From positions 267 to 64,266 of the forward strand of contig JAXLQT010000036.1 of NCBI GenBank assembly GCA_046331505.1: a stretch of DNA of 64,000 nt, in the 5' to 3' direction. Under the pieces are notes generated by a model. The model was given only the letters and a program-made list of their open reading frames with translations, had not been told where the DNA came from and did no database searches. The translations under genes were made by a program, and so were the position numbers. Of this stretch, positions 50,109 to 61,737 are shown in pieces. Source of the stretch: Acidobacteriota bacterium (GTDB lineage: Bacteria; Acidobacteriota; Vicinamibacteria; JAXLQT01). How positions within the stretch are numbered: the first letter of the stretch is position 1; every line of letters begins with the position of its first letter.

Positions 50109-51281
50109 TCATCCGAAGATGCTCTTGACCTTCTCGAAGATGGACTTTCCCGCCGCGGGTGCGGACCCGGACCCGCTGGCGGCAGCCGTGCCCTTGGGCT
50201 CGACGATGGGCCCGCCCGCTCCTTCGAGGAGCTTCTGATAGAGCTCGCGCTCGTGAGCGCTGAGGTCGGTCGGCGTGCGCACCTCGACGACCACGTACTG
50301 ATCGCCGTGCCCGTATCCGTCCATGCGGGTGAGACCCTTGTTGCGCAGACGGAACGTGGTCCCGTGCTGCGTCCCGGCCGGCACCGAGACCTTCTCCTCG
50401 CCGCCCATCGTCGTCGGCACGACCAGCGTCGTGCCGAGGGCCGCCTGCGGAAACGAGATCGGGACCGGGCAGTAGACGTCGGCGCCGTCGCGCTTGAACA
50501 GCGGGTGATCGGCCACGTGGACGTCGACGTAGAGATCCCCCGACGAGCCGCCGAGGATCCCGCTCTCGCCCTGGCCGCGCACCCGCATGCGCTGCCCCGA
50601 TTCGACGCCGGCGGGGATCGGCACCTTCACCGCCTTCTCGACGTGAACGCGCCCCTGGCCGCGGCACGCGCGGCACGGATCGGTCAGGATCTCGCCCCGT
50701 CCCTGGCATCGCGGGCACGTGCGGGCGATCGTGAAGATGCCCTGACTGAACGCCACCTGGCCGCGGCCGCGGCAATCGGGACAGCGCGACCGTCCCCGCT
50801 CGCTCGCCGCACCGCTGCCATGGCAGACCTCGCACGCGTCCAGGCGCGGGACCGTGATCGTCTTCTGCACCCCCTTCGCCATCTCGTCGAAGGTGATCGA
50901 GACGCCCGCGCGAAGGTCGGACCCGCGCCGGCCACCGCCGCGGCGCTCGCCGCCGAATCCCCCGCCGCCGAACCCGAACAGGTCTCCGAGGATGTCGGAG
51001 AAGTCCGCGAAGATCGTGGGGTCGAAGCCGGCCCCGCCGGATGCGGCGGACGTGCCGACGGCCGCATGCCCGAAGCGGTCGTAGCGCGCGCGCTTCTCGG
51101 CATCGGAGAGCACCGCGTACGCCTCGGCCGCTTCCTTGAACTTCTCCTCGGCCTCGGCGTTGCCGGGGTTCTTGTCGGGATGGTACTGAAGCGCGGCCTT
51201 CCGGTAGGCCTTCTTGACTTCGTCCGCCGTGGCGGTCCTGGCCACGCCCAGGACCTCGTAGAAGTCTCGCTTGTCCGCCAA
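50109..51281 (-). CDS. dnaJ: molecular chaperone DnaJ
   Basis: J domain (DFYEVLGV...YHPDKN), G/F region, and four CxxCxGxG zinc motifs. Confidence 0.95.
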   Translation of the reverse strand: MADKRDFYEVLGVARTATADEVKKAYRKAALQYHPDKNPGNAEAEEKFKEAAEAYAVLSDAEKRARYDRFGHAAVGTSAASGGAGFDPTIFADFSDILGDLFGFGGGGFGGERRGGGRRGSDLRAGVSITFDEMAKGVQKTITVPRLDACEVCHGSGAASERGRSRCPDCRGRGQVAFSQGIFTIARTCPRCQGRGEILTDPCRACRGQGRVHVEKAVKVPIPAGVESGQRMRVRGQGESGILGGSSGDLYVDVHVADHPLFKRDGADVYCPVPISFPQAALGTTLVVPTTMGGEEKVSVPAGTQHGTTFRLRNKGLTRMDGYGHGDQYVVVEVRTPTDLSAHERELYQKLLEGAGGPIVEPKGTAAASGSGSAPAAGKSIFEKVKSIFG

Positions 51282-51287
51282 GGCGCC

Positions 51288-53168
51288 TTAGGTTCCCGGC
51301 TTGCGCGCGCCCGGTCCCGTGGGCGCGGCGCCCGTGTCCATCACGCCCTCGTCCGCCGGCTTTCCGGCGCCGAACAGCATCGCATCGGTGAGCTGCTGCC
51401 CCACGACCTGGAGCATCACGATGGCGTTGTTCATCTCGGCCAGCGTCCCCTCCTGGAGCACCTGGCGCGACTTCTTCAGCGTGTCGCGGATCCCCGGCAG
51501 CTCCTCCTTCTTGAGGAAGCGCCCGACCTCCTGGAACACCCGTTCGTTCGTGTAGAGGAGCCCTTCGAGCTTGTTCTGCTGGAGCTGCTTCTCCTTGCGC
51601 TGGCGATCCTCCTCCGCGTGCTTGCTCGCATCCTCGATGATGCCCTTGATCTCGTCCTCGGAGAGCCCCGACGACGCGGTGATACGGATCGCCTGCTCGC
51701 GGCCCGACGCCTGGTCCTTCGCCGACACGTGGACGATGCCGTTGCTGTCGACCTCGAAGGTCACGTCGATCTGCGGCACGCCGCGCGGCGCCGGAGGGAT
51801 GCCGACGAGCTCGAACTTCGCAAGCGACTTGTTGTGGGCGGCCACTTCGCGCTCCCCCTGGAGCACGTGGACCTCGACCTTGCCCTGGTTGTCGGTGACC
51901 GTCGAGAACACCATCGTCTTCTTGATCGGGATCGTGGAGTTGCGCTCGATGACCTTGGTGAACATCCCGCCGTGGGTCTCGATGCCCAGCGACAGCGGCG
52001 TGACGTCCAGGAGGATGAGGTCCTTGATGTCGCCCTGGAGGATGCCGCCCTGGATCGCGGCGCCGACGGCCACGACCTCGTCTGGGTTCTTGTCGCGGTT
52101 CGGCTCTTTCTTGAAGATCTCGCGCACGATCTCGATGACGCGCGGCGTGCGGGTCTGCCCGCCGACGAGGATGATCTCGTCGAGCTTGTCGGGCGACATC
52201 GCCGCGTCCTTCATCGCCTTCAGGCACGGCTCGACCGTACGGTCGATGACGTCCTTCACCAGCTCCTCGAACTTCGCCCGCGTCAGCGTCGTGGTGAGGT
52301 GCTTCGGACCGGTGGCGTCGGCGGAGATGAACGGCAGGTTGATCTCCGTCGTCTCGACCGAGGAGAGCTCGATCTTCGCCTTCTCGGACGCCTCCTTCAG
52401 GCGCTGCAGCGCCATGCGGTCGCTCCGGAGATCGATCTTGGTCTTCTCCATGAACTCCCGCACGAGCCAGTCGATGATCTTCTGGTCGAGGTCCTCGCCG
52501 CCGAGCAGCGTGTCGCCGTTGGTGGCGAGCACCTCGAACACGCCGTCGCCGATCTCGAGGATCGAGATATCGAACGTGCCCCCGCCGAGGTCGTAGACCG
52601 CGATCTTCTGGTTCTTGCGCTGGTCCATGCCGTAGGCCAGCGCCGCGGCCGTCGGCTCGTTGATGATCCGCAGGACGTTCAGCCCCGCGATCTTCCCGGC
52701 GTCCTTCGTCGCGTTACGCTGGCTGTCGTCGAAGTAGGCGGGGACCGTGATGATCGCCTCCTCGACCTTCTCACCGAGGTGCTCCTCGGCGATCTCGCGC
52801 ATGCGCTGGAGCACGATGGCGGAGATCTCGGGAGGGCTGTACTCGCGGTCGCGCACCTTGATGCGCGCGTCGCCGTTCTGCGTTTCCGTCAGCTTGTAGG
52901 GCAGGAGCTTCATCACCTTCTGCACTTCGTCGCTGTCGAACTTGCGGCCGATGAGGCGCTTGACCGCGTAGAGCGTGTTCTGCGGGTTGGTGATGGCCTG
53001 GCGCTTGGCGATCTGTCCAACGAGACGCTCGCCCTTCTCCGTGAAGGCCACGATCGACGGCGTGGTGCGCGACCCTTCCTTGTTCGCGATCACGAAGGGC
53101 TTGCCGCCTTCGATGACGGACACGCACGAGTTGGTGGTGCCGAGGTCTATCCCGATGATCTTCGCCAT
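51288..53168 (-). CDS. dnaK: molecular chaperone DnaK (Hsp70)
   Basis: [30 protein letters not shown] and the rest are full-length Hsp70 (626 aa). Confidence 0.97.
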   Translation of the reverse strand: MAKIIGIDLGTTNSCVSVIEGGKPFVIANKEGSRTTPSIVAFTEKGERLVGQIAKRQAITNPQNTLYAVKRLIGRKFDSDEVQKVMKLLPYKLTETQNGDARIKVRDREYSPPEISAIVLQRMREIAEEHLGEKVEEAIITVPAYFDDSQRNATKDAGKIAGLNVLRIINEPTAAALAYGMDQRKNQKIAVYDLGGGTFDISILEIGDGVFEVLATNGDTLLGGEDLDQKIIDWLVREFMEKTKIDLRSDRMALQRLKEASEKAKIELSSVETTEINLPFISADATGPKHLTTTLTRAKFEELVKDVIDRTVEPCLKAMKDAAMSPDKLDEIILVGGQTRTPRVIEIVREIFKKEPNRDKNPDEVVAVGAAIQGGILQGDIKDLILLDVTPLSLGIETHGGMFTKVIERNSTIPIKKTMVFSTVTDNQGKVEVHVLQGEREVAAHNKSLAKFELVGIPPAPRGVPQIDVTFEVDSNGIVHVSAKDQASGREQAIRITASSGLSEDEIKGIIEDASKHAEEDRQRKEKQLQQNKLEGLLYTNERVFQEVGRFLKKEELPGIRDTLKKSRQVLQEGTLAEMNNAIVMLQVVGQQLTDAMLFGAGKPADEGVMDTGAAPTGPGARKPGT

Positions 53169-53185
53169 GAAACTTCTCCCAGAGC

Positions 53186-54020
53186 TTATCCGCCCTCAGA
53201 CCCGCCCGGCGACGTCCCATCGCCGTCGCCCGATGCGACGGAAGGATCGGCGGCCGCCGGAACCGCCTCGTCCGCGCCGGCCGGCGCCACCGCCACCTTG
53301 ACGCACGCGGCTCGCAGCAACCGGTCGTGGTGCATGTAGCCCTTCTGGAGCTCCGAGACCACGGTGTTGCTCGGGAAGTCCGCCCGCTCCTCGCTTGCGA
53401 CCGCCTCGTGGAAGTTGGGATCGAACTCCTGGCCGATGGAGACGATCTCCTTGAGGCCGAAGCGCCCCAGCGCGTCGCGGAACTGCTTCATGATGAGCTC
53501 CACGCCCTGCCGGATGCTCTGGGCATCGGCCTCCCGATCGACGCTCATCGCGCGCTCGAAGTTGTCGAGCACGGGCAAGAGGTCCTTGAGGATGCCGCTG
53601 TGGGCGTACTTCTGGAACTCGTCCTTGTCGCGCTGCATGCGCTTGCGGAAGTTGTCGAAGTCCGCGATCTTCCGCGCGACGGCGTCGCGCAGATCGGTGA
53701 TCTCGACCTTCTGGCGATCGATCTCCGACTCGAGCTCGGCGATGCGGCGCTGGTCCTTCGTCGGACCCACGGGCCTGGGAGGGGCGACGGGGGCCGCCTC
53801 TTCCTCGATGATGATCTCCTCCTGGATCTCCTCCGGCGGATCGGCGCCCGCATCCGCGGCCGCGGCCCGCTCCTGCGTCCGCTGCTTCTGCCTCTCGGTG
53901 ATCCTGTCGGCCGATGCCTGCGCCTCCTTGAGGATGTCGTCGAGGCTCTCCTCGCCGGTCTCCTGATCGGCGTCGAGGAACAGGATGTCGTCGTCGGCCG
54001 GGGCCTTCCCCTTCTTGCGC

Positions 54021-54028
<8 letters not shown>
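53186..54028 (-). CDS. grpE: nucleotide exchange factor GrpE (long acidic N-terminus and Ala/Gly-rich C-terminal tail)
   Basis: [15 protein letters not shown]...[11 protein letters not shown]...[12 protein letters not shown]...[13 protein letters not shown]. The start overlaps the hrcA stop by 8 nt. Confidence 0.9.
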
Positions 54029-55103
<1,075 letters not shown>

Positions 55104-55181
55104 GGCAAATGGAAGGCCCCCGCGCGAAACCCGGTGGCCGCTCTGGACGAGAAGGGTCTCGCTCGTGGGGCTCGAAAAGCG

Positions 55182-55216
55182 GCCAAAACATAGCAGGGCA
55201 TGGTTTTGGCTGTCAA
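55182..55216 (-). promoter_or_regulatory. candidate sigma70-type promoter of hrcA operon (TTGACA-18-TATGTT) overlapped by an 8-bp inverted repeat
   Basis: On the minus strand, TTGACA is at 55216-55211 and TATGTT at 55192-55187. The inverted repeat GCCAAAAC (55182-55189) N13 GTTTTGGC (55203-55210) spans the spacer and the -10. Confidence 0.45.
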
Positions 55217-55224
55217 GAAGACGG

Positions 55225-56271
55225 CTATTCCCGGCGGTAGAACTCTCGCGGATCCCAGGCCTCGCGCATCGCCTCCCCGATGAAGGTCGTCAGCAGGAGC
55301 GTGCTCACGAGCGCCGAGAAGGGAGACAGGATGATCCAGACGCCGGTCGTGATCTGGCCGCGCCCCTGCTCGAACAGCTCGCCCCAGCTCGGGGCCGGCG
55401 CCGGGATGCCGAAGCCGAGGTAGTCGAGCGAGGTGAGGAAGAAGATGCTCCCGACGAGGGTGAAGGGGAAGAGCGTGATCACGGGACTGAGAGCGTTGCC
55501 CATGACGTGACTGAAGATGATGCGACCCGACGATGCGCCCAGCGCCCGAGCGGCCGTCACGTAGTCGAGGTTGCGCTCCCGGAGGAACTCACCCCGGACG
55601 TAACGGCTCGTCCCGATCCAGTCGAACACGAGCAGGATCACGACGAGGAGCCAGAACCCGGGCGTGAGGATCGACGATACGAGCACGACCACGTAGAGGA
55701 ACGGGAGCGCGCTCCAGATCTCGATCAGGCGCTGGCAGGATATGTCGATCCAGCCTCCCCAGTAGCCCTGGATGGCGCCTATCACGATTCCCAGGACGGT
55801 CGCCAGCACGCTCAGGACCAGGCCGAAGCTGACGGACGTCCGGAAGCCGTAGAGCAGCCGCGCGAGCACGTCGCGGCCGCGGTCGTCGGTCCCCATCGGA
55901 TGACTCCAGCTGGGCTTGCTCGGCGGAGGATCGCCGGGGATCTTGATGCTCTCCAGTGGTGAGAACGGATGCACCGGCAGGAGGATGCGCCCTCCCGCCG
56001 CCTTGAACTCGGGGCTCGCCGCCAGCTCCCGGAAGTCGGTCTCCTCGTCGGCGGATCCGCCGAACAGGGTCTTGCCGTAGTAACGATGGTTCAGCGCCGG
56101 GAAGTAGGTGCGGCCGCCGAACGAGACGAAGATCGGTCGGTTGCCGACGAACAGCTCGATCCCGAGGCTGAGGACGTAGGTGATGGTCAGGATCCAGAGC
56201 GAGTAGTAGCCGCGCTTGAGCCGGCGGAATTTCGCGAACCTCTTCTTCGTGAGGGGATCGAGCTTGAGCAT
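55225..56271 (-). CDS. ABC transporter permease (peptide/opine family, YejE-like)
   Basis: The N-terminus LKLDPLTKKRFAKFRRLKRGYYSLWIL and a long periplasmic loop precede the BPD_transp_1 region (..YVTAARALGASSGRIIFSHV..). Confidence 0.85.
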   Translation of the reverse strand: MLKLDPLTKKRFAKFRRLKRGYYSLWILTITYVLSLGIELFVGNRPIFVSFGGRTYFPALNHRYYGKTLFGGSADEETDFRELAASPEFKAAGGRILLPVHPFSPLESIKIPGDPPPSKPSWSHPMGTDDRGRDVLARLLYGFRTSVSFGLVLSVLATVLGIVIGAIQGYWGGWIDISCQRLIEIWSALPFLYVVVLVSSILTPGFWLLVVILLVFDWIGTSRYVRGEFLRERNLDYVTAARALGASSGRIIFSHVMGNALSPVITLFPFTLVGSIFFLTSLDYLGFGIPAPAPSWGELFEQGRGQITTGVWIILSPFSALVSTLLLTTFIGEAMREAWDPREFYRRE

Positions 56272-56274
56272 CGT

Positions 56275-57315
56275 CTAGGTGGAAGAGCCACCGAAGCTGA
56301 TCCGCGGATCGATCACGACGTAGAGGAGATCCGACAGGAGGTTGCCGAGAAGCACGAGGATGCTGTCGATCATGATGATCCCGAGCGTCACGGGATAGTC
56401 GCGCTTCTGGAGAGCCTCGAAGGTCAGGAGCCCCATGCCGTGGATGTTGAAGGTGACCTCGACCAGCAGGGACCCCGATACGAACACGGTGAGGATGGCG
56501 CCGAATCCCGTGGCGATGGGGATGAGAGAGTTCCGCAGCGCGTGGCGGTAGAGCGCCTTCCGCCAGGAGAGCCCCTTGGACATCGCCGTCCGGACGTAGT
56601 CGCTCGCGAGGTTCTCCATCAGCGAGTTCTTCATCAGGATCGTCAGGACCGCGAAGCTCTCGACCATGTAGCAAACCAGGGGCAGCACCATGTGGTAGAG
56701 AACGTCCAGGAGCTTGTGCCACGCGTCGAGCTCGTCGAAGTTGTCCGACTTGACGCCCCCGAGAGGAAAGACGTCCCAGAACGTTCCCCCGCCGAAGAGC
56801 ACGAGCAGCACCTGCCCCAGCGCGAATCCGGGGATCGAGTAGCCGATGAAGACCATCGCCGAGGTCATCGAGTCCTTCCACGTGCGATGGTGGATGGCCT
56901 TGAAGATGCCGAGCGGGATGCAGACGAGATACGCGAGCACGAAGCTCGGACCGCCGAAGAGCAACGTCACCGGGATCCTCGACTTGATGAGCGTCCAGAC
57001 GGGATCGCCATAGTTGTAGGACTTCCCGAAGTTCAGGGCGAGGACGTTGCGCAGCCACAGCGCGTACCGGACGTAGACCGGCTTGTCGAAGCCATAGAAC
57101 TTGTTGAGCTGCTCGATGGCCTCCTTCGTCAGCCCGCCCCGACCGCCCCCCGCGAGCCCACCCGCCTCGCCGCCGCGACCGGCTCCCCGCATGCGCTGGA
57201 TGGCCTGCTCGACCGGCCCCCCTGGCACGAAGTTCACCAGGAGGAACACGACGAGACTGATCCCGAACAGCGTCGGGAGCATCAGGAGGATGCGTCTTAC
57301 GACGTACTCGAGCAT
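56275..57315 (-). CDS. ABC transporter permease (YejB/OppB-like)
   Basis: MLEYVVRRILLMLPTLFGISLVVFLLVNFVPGGPVE...DYVRTAMSKGLSWRKALYRHALRNSLIP. Confidence 0.85.
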   Translation of the reverse strand: MLEYVVRRILLMLPTLFGISLVVFLLVNFVPGGPVEQAIQRMRGAGRGGEAGGLAGGGRGGLTKEAIEQLNKFYGFDKPVYVRYALWLRNVLALNFGKSYNYGDPVWTLIKSRIPVTLLFGGPSFVLAYLVCIPLGIFKAIHHRTWKDSMTSAMVFIGYSIPGFALGQVLLVLFGGGTFWDVFPLGGVKSDNFDELDAWHKLLDVLYHMVLPLVCYMVESFAVLTILMKNSLMENLASDYVRTAMSKGLSWRKALYRHALRNSLIPIATGFGAILTVFVSGSLLVEVTFNIHGMGLLTFEALQKRDYPVTLGIIMIDSILVLLGNLLSDLLYVVIDPRISFGGSST

Positions 57316-57322
57316 CGTCCGG

Positions 57323-59180
57323 TCAGGACTTGTGCGTCTTCCAGTAGTCGCTGTTCTCGGGAGCTAGCGGCAGCTCCTTGCCGTTCTTCTGGGCATCCTC
57401 GAGCCGCGCTGCCTTCTCGGGATCGAACCACCACACCTTCCAGGCGATCTCGCGAGGATCGAGCGTCGCGTAGGTGAGCCACTCCGGCATGCCGAGCTTG
57501 TTCCACCAGAGGAGCCTCCAGTTGTCGGCATACCAGTCGAGCAGGTAGGGGCACTGGTCGTAGATGATGGCGTCCATCTTCTGCAGGATCTCGAAGCGCT
57601 TCTCGAGCACGGGCTCCTTCTCGTACTCGTCGATGAGCTTGTCCACCTCGGGGTTCTTGAATCGCCCGATGTTGTTCGTGTCGTTGAGGTCCGCCCGCTC
57701 CGAGTGCCACTGATCCCGCACCTCGGGGAACGCCGTCGGTCCCCAGTTCGCGTAGATGAGCTCGAAGTCCTTCTTCTGGCTCACCTTGATCCAGGCCGGC
57801 GGCGCCATCAGCTTGAGGTTCATCTTCACGCCGTTCTTCCGGAACGACTCCTGGAGCGGCGTGTAGACGCGCTCCGCATCCGGGTGGATGTAGATGAACT
57901 CGAACTCGAGACGCTTGCCGTCCTTCATCAGGATCCCGTCCTTGTCCTTCTTGGTCCAGCCGGCCTCGGCGAGGAGCGCCTTGCCCTTCTCGGGGTTGTA
58001 GCTCACCTTCTCGTTGCTCGGGTTCTCGTAGGGCGAGTTCGGGAAGTAGGAGTTCTTGTTGACGTACTCGTTGAAGAACAGCTGATCGTGGAGCTGCTCC
58101 CTGTCGAGGAGCCAGAACAGCGCCTTCCTGACCTTCACGTCCTTGAAGATCGGATGGGTGAGGTTGAACGCCATCTGCGACGGCACCTCGGGCTGCTTGG
58201 TCTTCATGCGCGTCTTCTGGATCCAGCCCTTCTTCACCTTGTCGAAGTCGCACTCCTCGTGCCACATCTGCGCGCGCGTCACGAGGAAGAAGTCGACCTC
58301 GCCCTTCTTGAGCTTCTCGAAGGCGAGGTTCTCCTCGAGGACGACCTTCGTCACGATGCTGTCGAAGTTGTAGGTACCGATCGCCCACCGCTTCTTCTCA
58401 CCCCAGAAGTCCTTGCGCCTGTCGAGCGTGATGAAGTTGTCCTTCTCGTACTTTCCAAGCTGGTAGGGGCCAGAGAGCACGGGGACGGTGAACTTCCAAT
58501 CCTCGAGGAAGGTCTCGGGATTGACGGCGTGCGCCGGGTAGATCGGCGCCCCGGCGAAGAACAGCAGGTTGCGCCACGTCGACTCCTTGCCGACGAACTT
58601 GATCGTGCGATCGTCGATCACCTCGGGCTTGTCCGGGAAGTAGTGATCGAGATCGGCCTTGATCTGGAGCTCGTTGACCTTGGGATTGCGGATGAGGTCG
58701 ATCGTGAAGGCGACGTCCTGCGCCGTGATGGGCTTGCCGTCCGACCACTTCGCGTCCGGGTCCATGTGAAAGACGATGGTCTTCTGATCCTCGGAGACCT
58801 CCCAGGACGACGCGGCGCAGGGCACGTACTCGAGGGTGTTGAGATGAACGTTGATGAGCGGCGAGAAGAACGCCTCGGCGTAGAGGTAGGCGAGCGTCGC
58901 ATCGCGATCGGGGCCGTAGTAGTTGAGGTGGGTCGGGTAGGAGTTGGTCCACTGGACGAACTTGCCGCCCTTGAGCGCTTTCGGATCACCTGGGTGCGTA
59001 GTTGCCCTCCGGCACTTCGACCGGCGGCGCCGCGGGAGCCGCCGGCGTCGCCGATGCGAATGACGCGGCGGGTGTCGTGCCTCCGCCGGGTGTCTGGGCG
59101 GTCTGGCCTCCGCCGCCACCCAGCCGGTGGCGATCGCGGACGCGACGAGGGAACAGCGGCGAGGTCTTGGTCGCTGGACA
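57323..59180 (-). CDS. ABC transporter substrate-binding protein (family 5, YejA-like); 5' ~190 nt appear frame-scrambled
   Basis: Conserved body from ..GDPKALKGGKFVQWTNSYPTHLNYYGP to the end (track ORF 57323..59596). The only plausible ATG with an AGGAG is at 59180 but in another frame. See findings. Confidence 0.75.
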
Positions 59181-59342
59181 TGCTCGCTGACAACTCCTGC
59201 GTGATCTCGCGTAACTCTAACCGACTTGGCGCGACCCTCCGCTCGATCGAAGGCGGATGCGGCGCGAGCAGCTTGGCCCGCCGCGACGCCGACCCGCGGC
59301 AGCCCGGAACCCAGGGCTCGGACACGGAGACCAGGCGCACCT

Positions 59343-60110
59343 TCATCGCCGGCGTCTCGCCGATCGCGATCGATCCCCGCCTGACGCGTGCGAGCGCCGC
59401 GCCGCCGGAACCTCGACGCTGACGGCGGGATCCCAGCCCGGCGCCATCGCCGTCGCGGTCGCGACGAGGTGCGTCGTGATGGCGTCGGCCGGCGCGCCCA
59501 GATCGACGAGCAGCTCCTCGAGCGGCAAGCCGTAGCGGCTGTAGAGCAAAGGCAACCCACTGCCCACCTTGTCCCACGCAAGGCCGAGCGCGTCACGCTC
59601 GTCGTCGCAGCGGCCGCGGGGAGGCGCGTCGTAGAGGGCGACGCCGCCGCGGATCACCAGGCCGCGCGGCTCGGCCCCGTCGCAGGCGAGCTCGTAGGCG
59701 AACGCGGCCAGCTCGTCGATCCTGCCCAGCACCGTGCGCGGCCCCGCCGCCTCGCCCGGAAGTCCGAGGACCAGGTGCGTCAGATCGCGGCCGGCGTCGC
59801 GGATGGCCTTCGCGACCACGAACGCGGTGCCGTCGTAGGGATCGGCCTGAAGCGGCGACGAGCGCGCGTGCGCCCAGGCGACCGCCAGGCCGGGGAGCTT
59901 CCCCGCGGTCGACAGCTCCGGCATCGGCGCCACCGCGAACGGAGGCTCCCCCTCGAAGAGCGCGACCGAAGCTCCGGCGGGCGGAACCGGTTGGAGGCGC
60001 GCGCATCGCCCGTTCCTCGATCGCCGCGCGCGCGCCGCGATCGCGGACGTAGGCGGGCACGCATCCCGGTCCGGGATCCCCCCGTGCTCGAGGGTGGTTG
60101 ACCCTTCCAT
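59343..60110 (-). CDS. hypothetical protein
   Basis: Track ORF 59343..60137 has strong G/C-ending codon bias through ..VVAKAIRDAGRDLTHLVLGLPGEAAGPRTVLGRIDELAAFAYELA..DDERDALGLAWDKV.. It bears a faint resemblance to YqgF/RuvX-type layout only. The start (60110, 59933 or 59924) and the Arg-rich C-terminus are uncertain. Confidence 0.4.
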   Translation of the reverse strand: MEGSTTLEHGGIPDRDACPPTSAIAARARRSRNGRCARLQPVPPAGASVALFEGEPPFAVAPMPELSTAGKLPGLAVAWAHARSSPLQADPYDGTAFVVAKAIRDAGRDLTHLVLGLPGEAAGPRTVLGRIDELAAFAYELACDGAEPRGLVIRGGVALYDAPPRGRCDDERDALGLAWDKVGSGLPLLYSRYGLPLEELLVDLGAPADAITTHLVATATAMAPGWDPAVSVEVPAARRSHASGGDRSRSARRRR

Positions 60111-60187
60111 CGGCGCTCTGTTAGCCTCGATTCTCACCGACAGGCCGCGCCGCGCGCCATGGGCCTCTCGGAGCCGCCAGCGCGAGC

Positions 60188-61685
60188 ATGGTCGAGACCA
60201 GCAAGCCCAGCATCCTCGTCGTCGACGACAACGACGAGATCCTCGAATTCCTCACGCTCCAGCTCGAGCGGCGCGGCTACCGGGCCATCACCTGCCGGCG
60301 CGGGCGCGACGCCGTGAGGCTCGCGCAGGAGCGGCGGCCCGACCTCGTGCTCCTCGACATCCTTGATGCCCGACGTCGACGGCTTCCGGATCTGCCGCAT
60401 GCTGAAGGACGATCCGGAGACCGCGAAGATCCCCGTCATCTTCCTGACGGCGAAGACGACCGACGTCGACAAGTTGAAGGGCTTCGAGGTGGGGGGCGAG
60501 GACTACCTCGTCAAGCCGTTCAAGATCCACGAGCTCATCGGCAAGGTGCAGATCTTCCTGCGCATCAAGGCGCTCATCGACGTCGCCGAGCAGAAGGCGA
60601 AGAGCGCCCGCGCGCTGTTCGAGATCGGCAAGCTCATGTGCGGGTCCCTCGATCTTCCGGAAGTCCTCTCGGCGATCACGGCGTCGGTGAAGGACCTGCT
60701 GCACGCCGACTCCGCCTCCATCATGCTCTGCGACGAGGAGCGGCGGAACCTCCGCGTGAGCCACGTGGAGGGCCCGTACGCCGAGCTCTACATCGAACGG
60801 ACGGTGCCGATCTCCGAGAGCATCGCCGGCTGGGTGGTCCGGCGCGGCGAGCCCGTGCTGATCGACGACATCGACAACGATCCGCGCTTCGGCGGCTTCC
60901 CGCGGCGGAGCCAGGTCAAGTCCGCGATGATCACGCCGCTCACCCACAAGGACGTCACCTTCGGCACGATCAACGTGAGCTACCTCGCCGAGCGACGGCT
61001 CGGGTCGGAGGCGCTCCAGCTCCTCTTCACGCTGTCGTCTCAGGCCGCGCTCGCCATCGCGAACGCCCGGCTCGTGGCGTCCATCCGGGCGTCGCACCTG
61101 CGCACGATCGAGGCGCTCGCCAAGGCGGTCGACCAGAAGGACAGCTACACCGCGAGCCATTGCGACAACGTCGCCGACTACGCCGCTTTGATCGCGGAGC
61201 GCCTGGGGCTCCCGGCGATCATCGTCGAGGAGATCCGGGTCGGCGGGATGCTCCACGACATCGGCAAGATCGGCATCGGGGACGACATCCTCAAGAAGCC
61301 CGCGCGGCTCGACACCGCGGAATACACGAGCATGATGGAGCATCCGAGCAAGGGCCACGAGATCCTGCTCGGCGCCGGCATCTCAGGCGCGACGCTCGAA
61401 GCCGTCCTGCACCATCACGAGCGCATGGACGGGAAGGGCTACCCGGCGGGCCTCGCGGGGGAAGAGATCCCGCTCGCGGCGCGCATCGTGCTCGTCGCCG
61501 ACGCGTTCGACGCGATGACGACGGACCGCGTCTACCGGAAGGGGATGCCGTTCTCCTCCGCCATCACGGAGCTGCGCAAGTACGAGGGGAGCCAGTTCGA
61601 CAAGGGTTGCATCGACGCGCTCTGCGAGGCGCTCGTCGCGGTGGGAAAGATCGTCGCCGCCGAGCTCGAGCAGGCGCAGCCGTAG
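60188..61685 (+). CDS. response regulator receiver + GAF + HD-GYP protein (RpfG-like); apparent +1 frameshift at ~60359-60366
   Basis: Frame A from ATG 60188 gives MVETSKPSILVVDDNDEILEFL...RRPDLVLLDI. Frame B (track ORF 60363..61685) continues (L)MPDVDGFRICRMLKDDPETAKIPVIFLTAK...VKPF, then GAF, then HDIGKIGI...HHHERMDGKGYP. Deleting one T in gacatccTTgatg restores DILMPDVDGF. Confidence 0.75.
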
Positions 61686-61737
61686 CCCAGACGCCGTGTT
61701 CCGCAATCGGCGCGCGAGCGCTATATTGACGCACGAC

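Noticed and set aside
49689-53339. 1216-aa plus-strand ORF antisense to rpsR, dnaJ and dnaK.
   Set aside because: The opposite strand encodes textbook DnaK and DnaJ. This frame is junk-like (LD/RR-rich) and reflects the codon-position bias of the real genes.
59170-59345. Small minus-strand ORF MKVRLVSVSEPWVPGCRGS... upstream of the SBP gene.
   Set aside because: It has no RBS and mediocre composition, and it runs in the same frame as the doubtful ATG 59180 reading. It cannot be separated from the frame confusion at the SBP 5' end.
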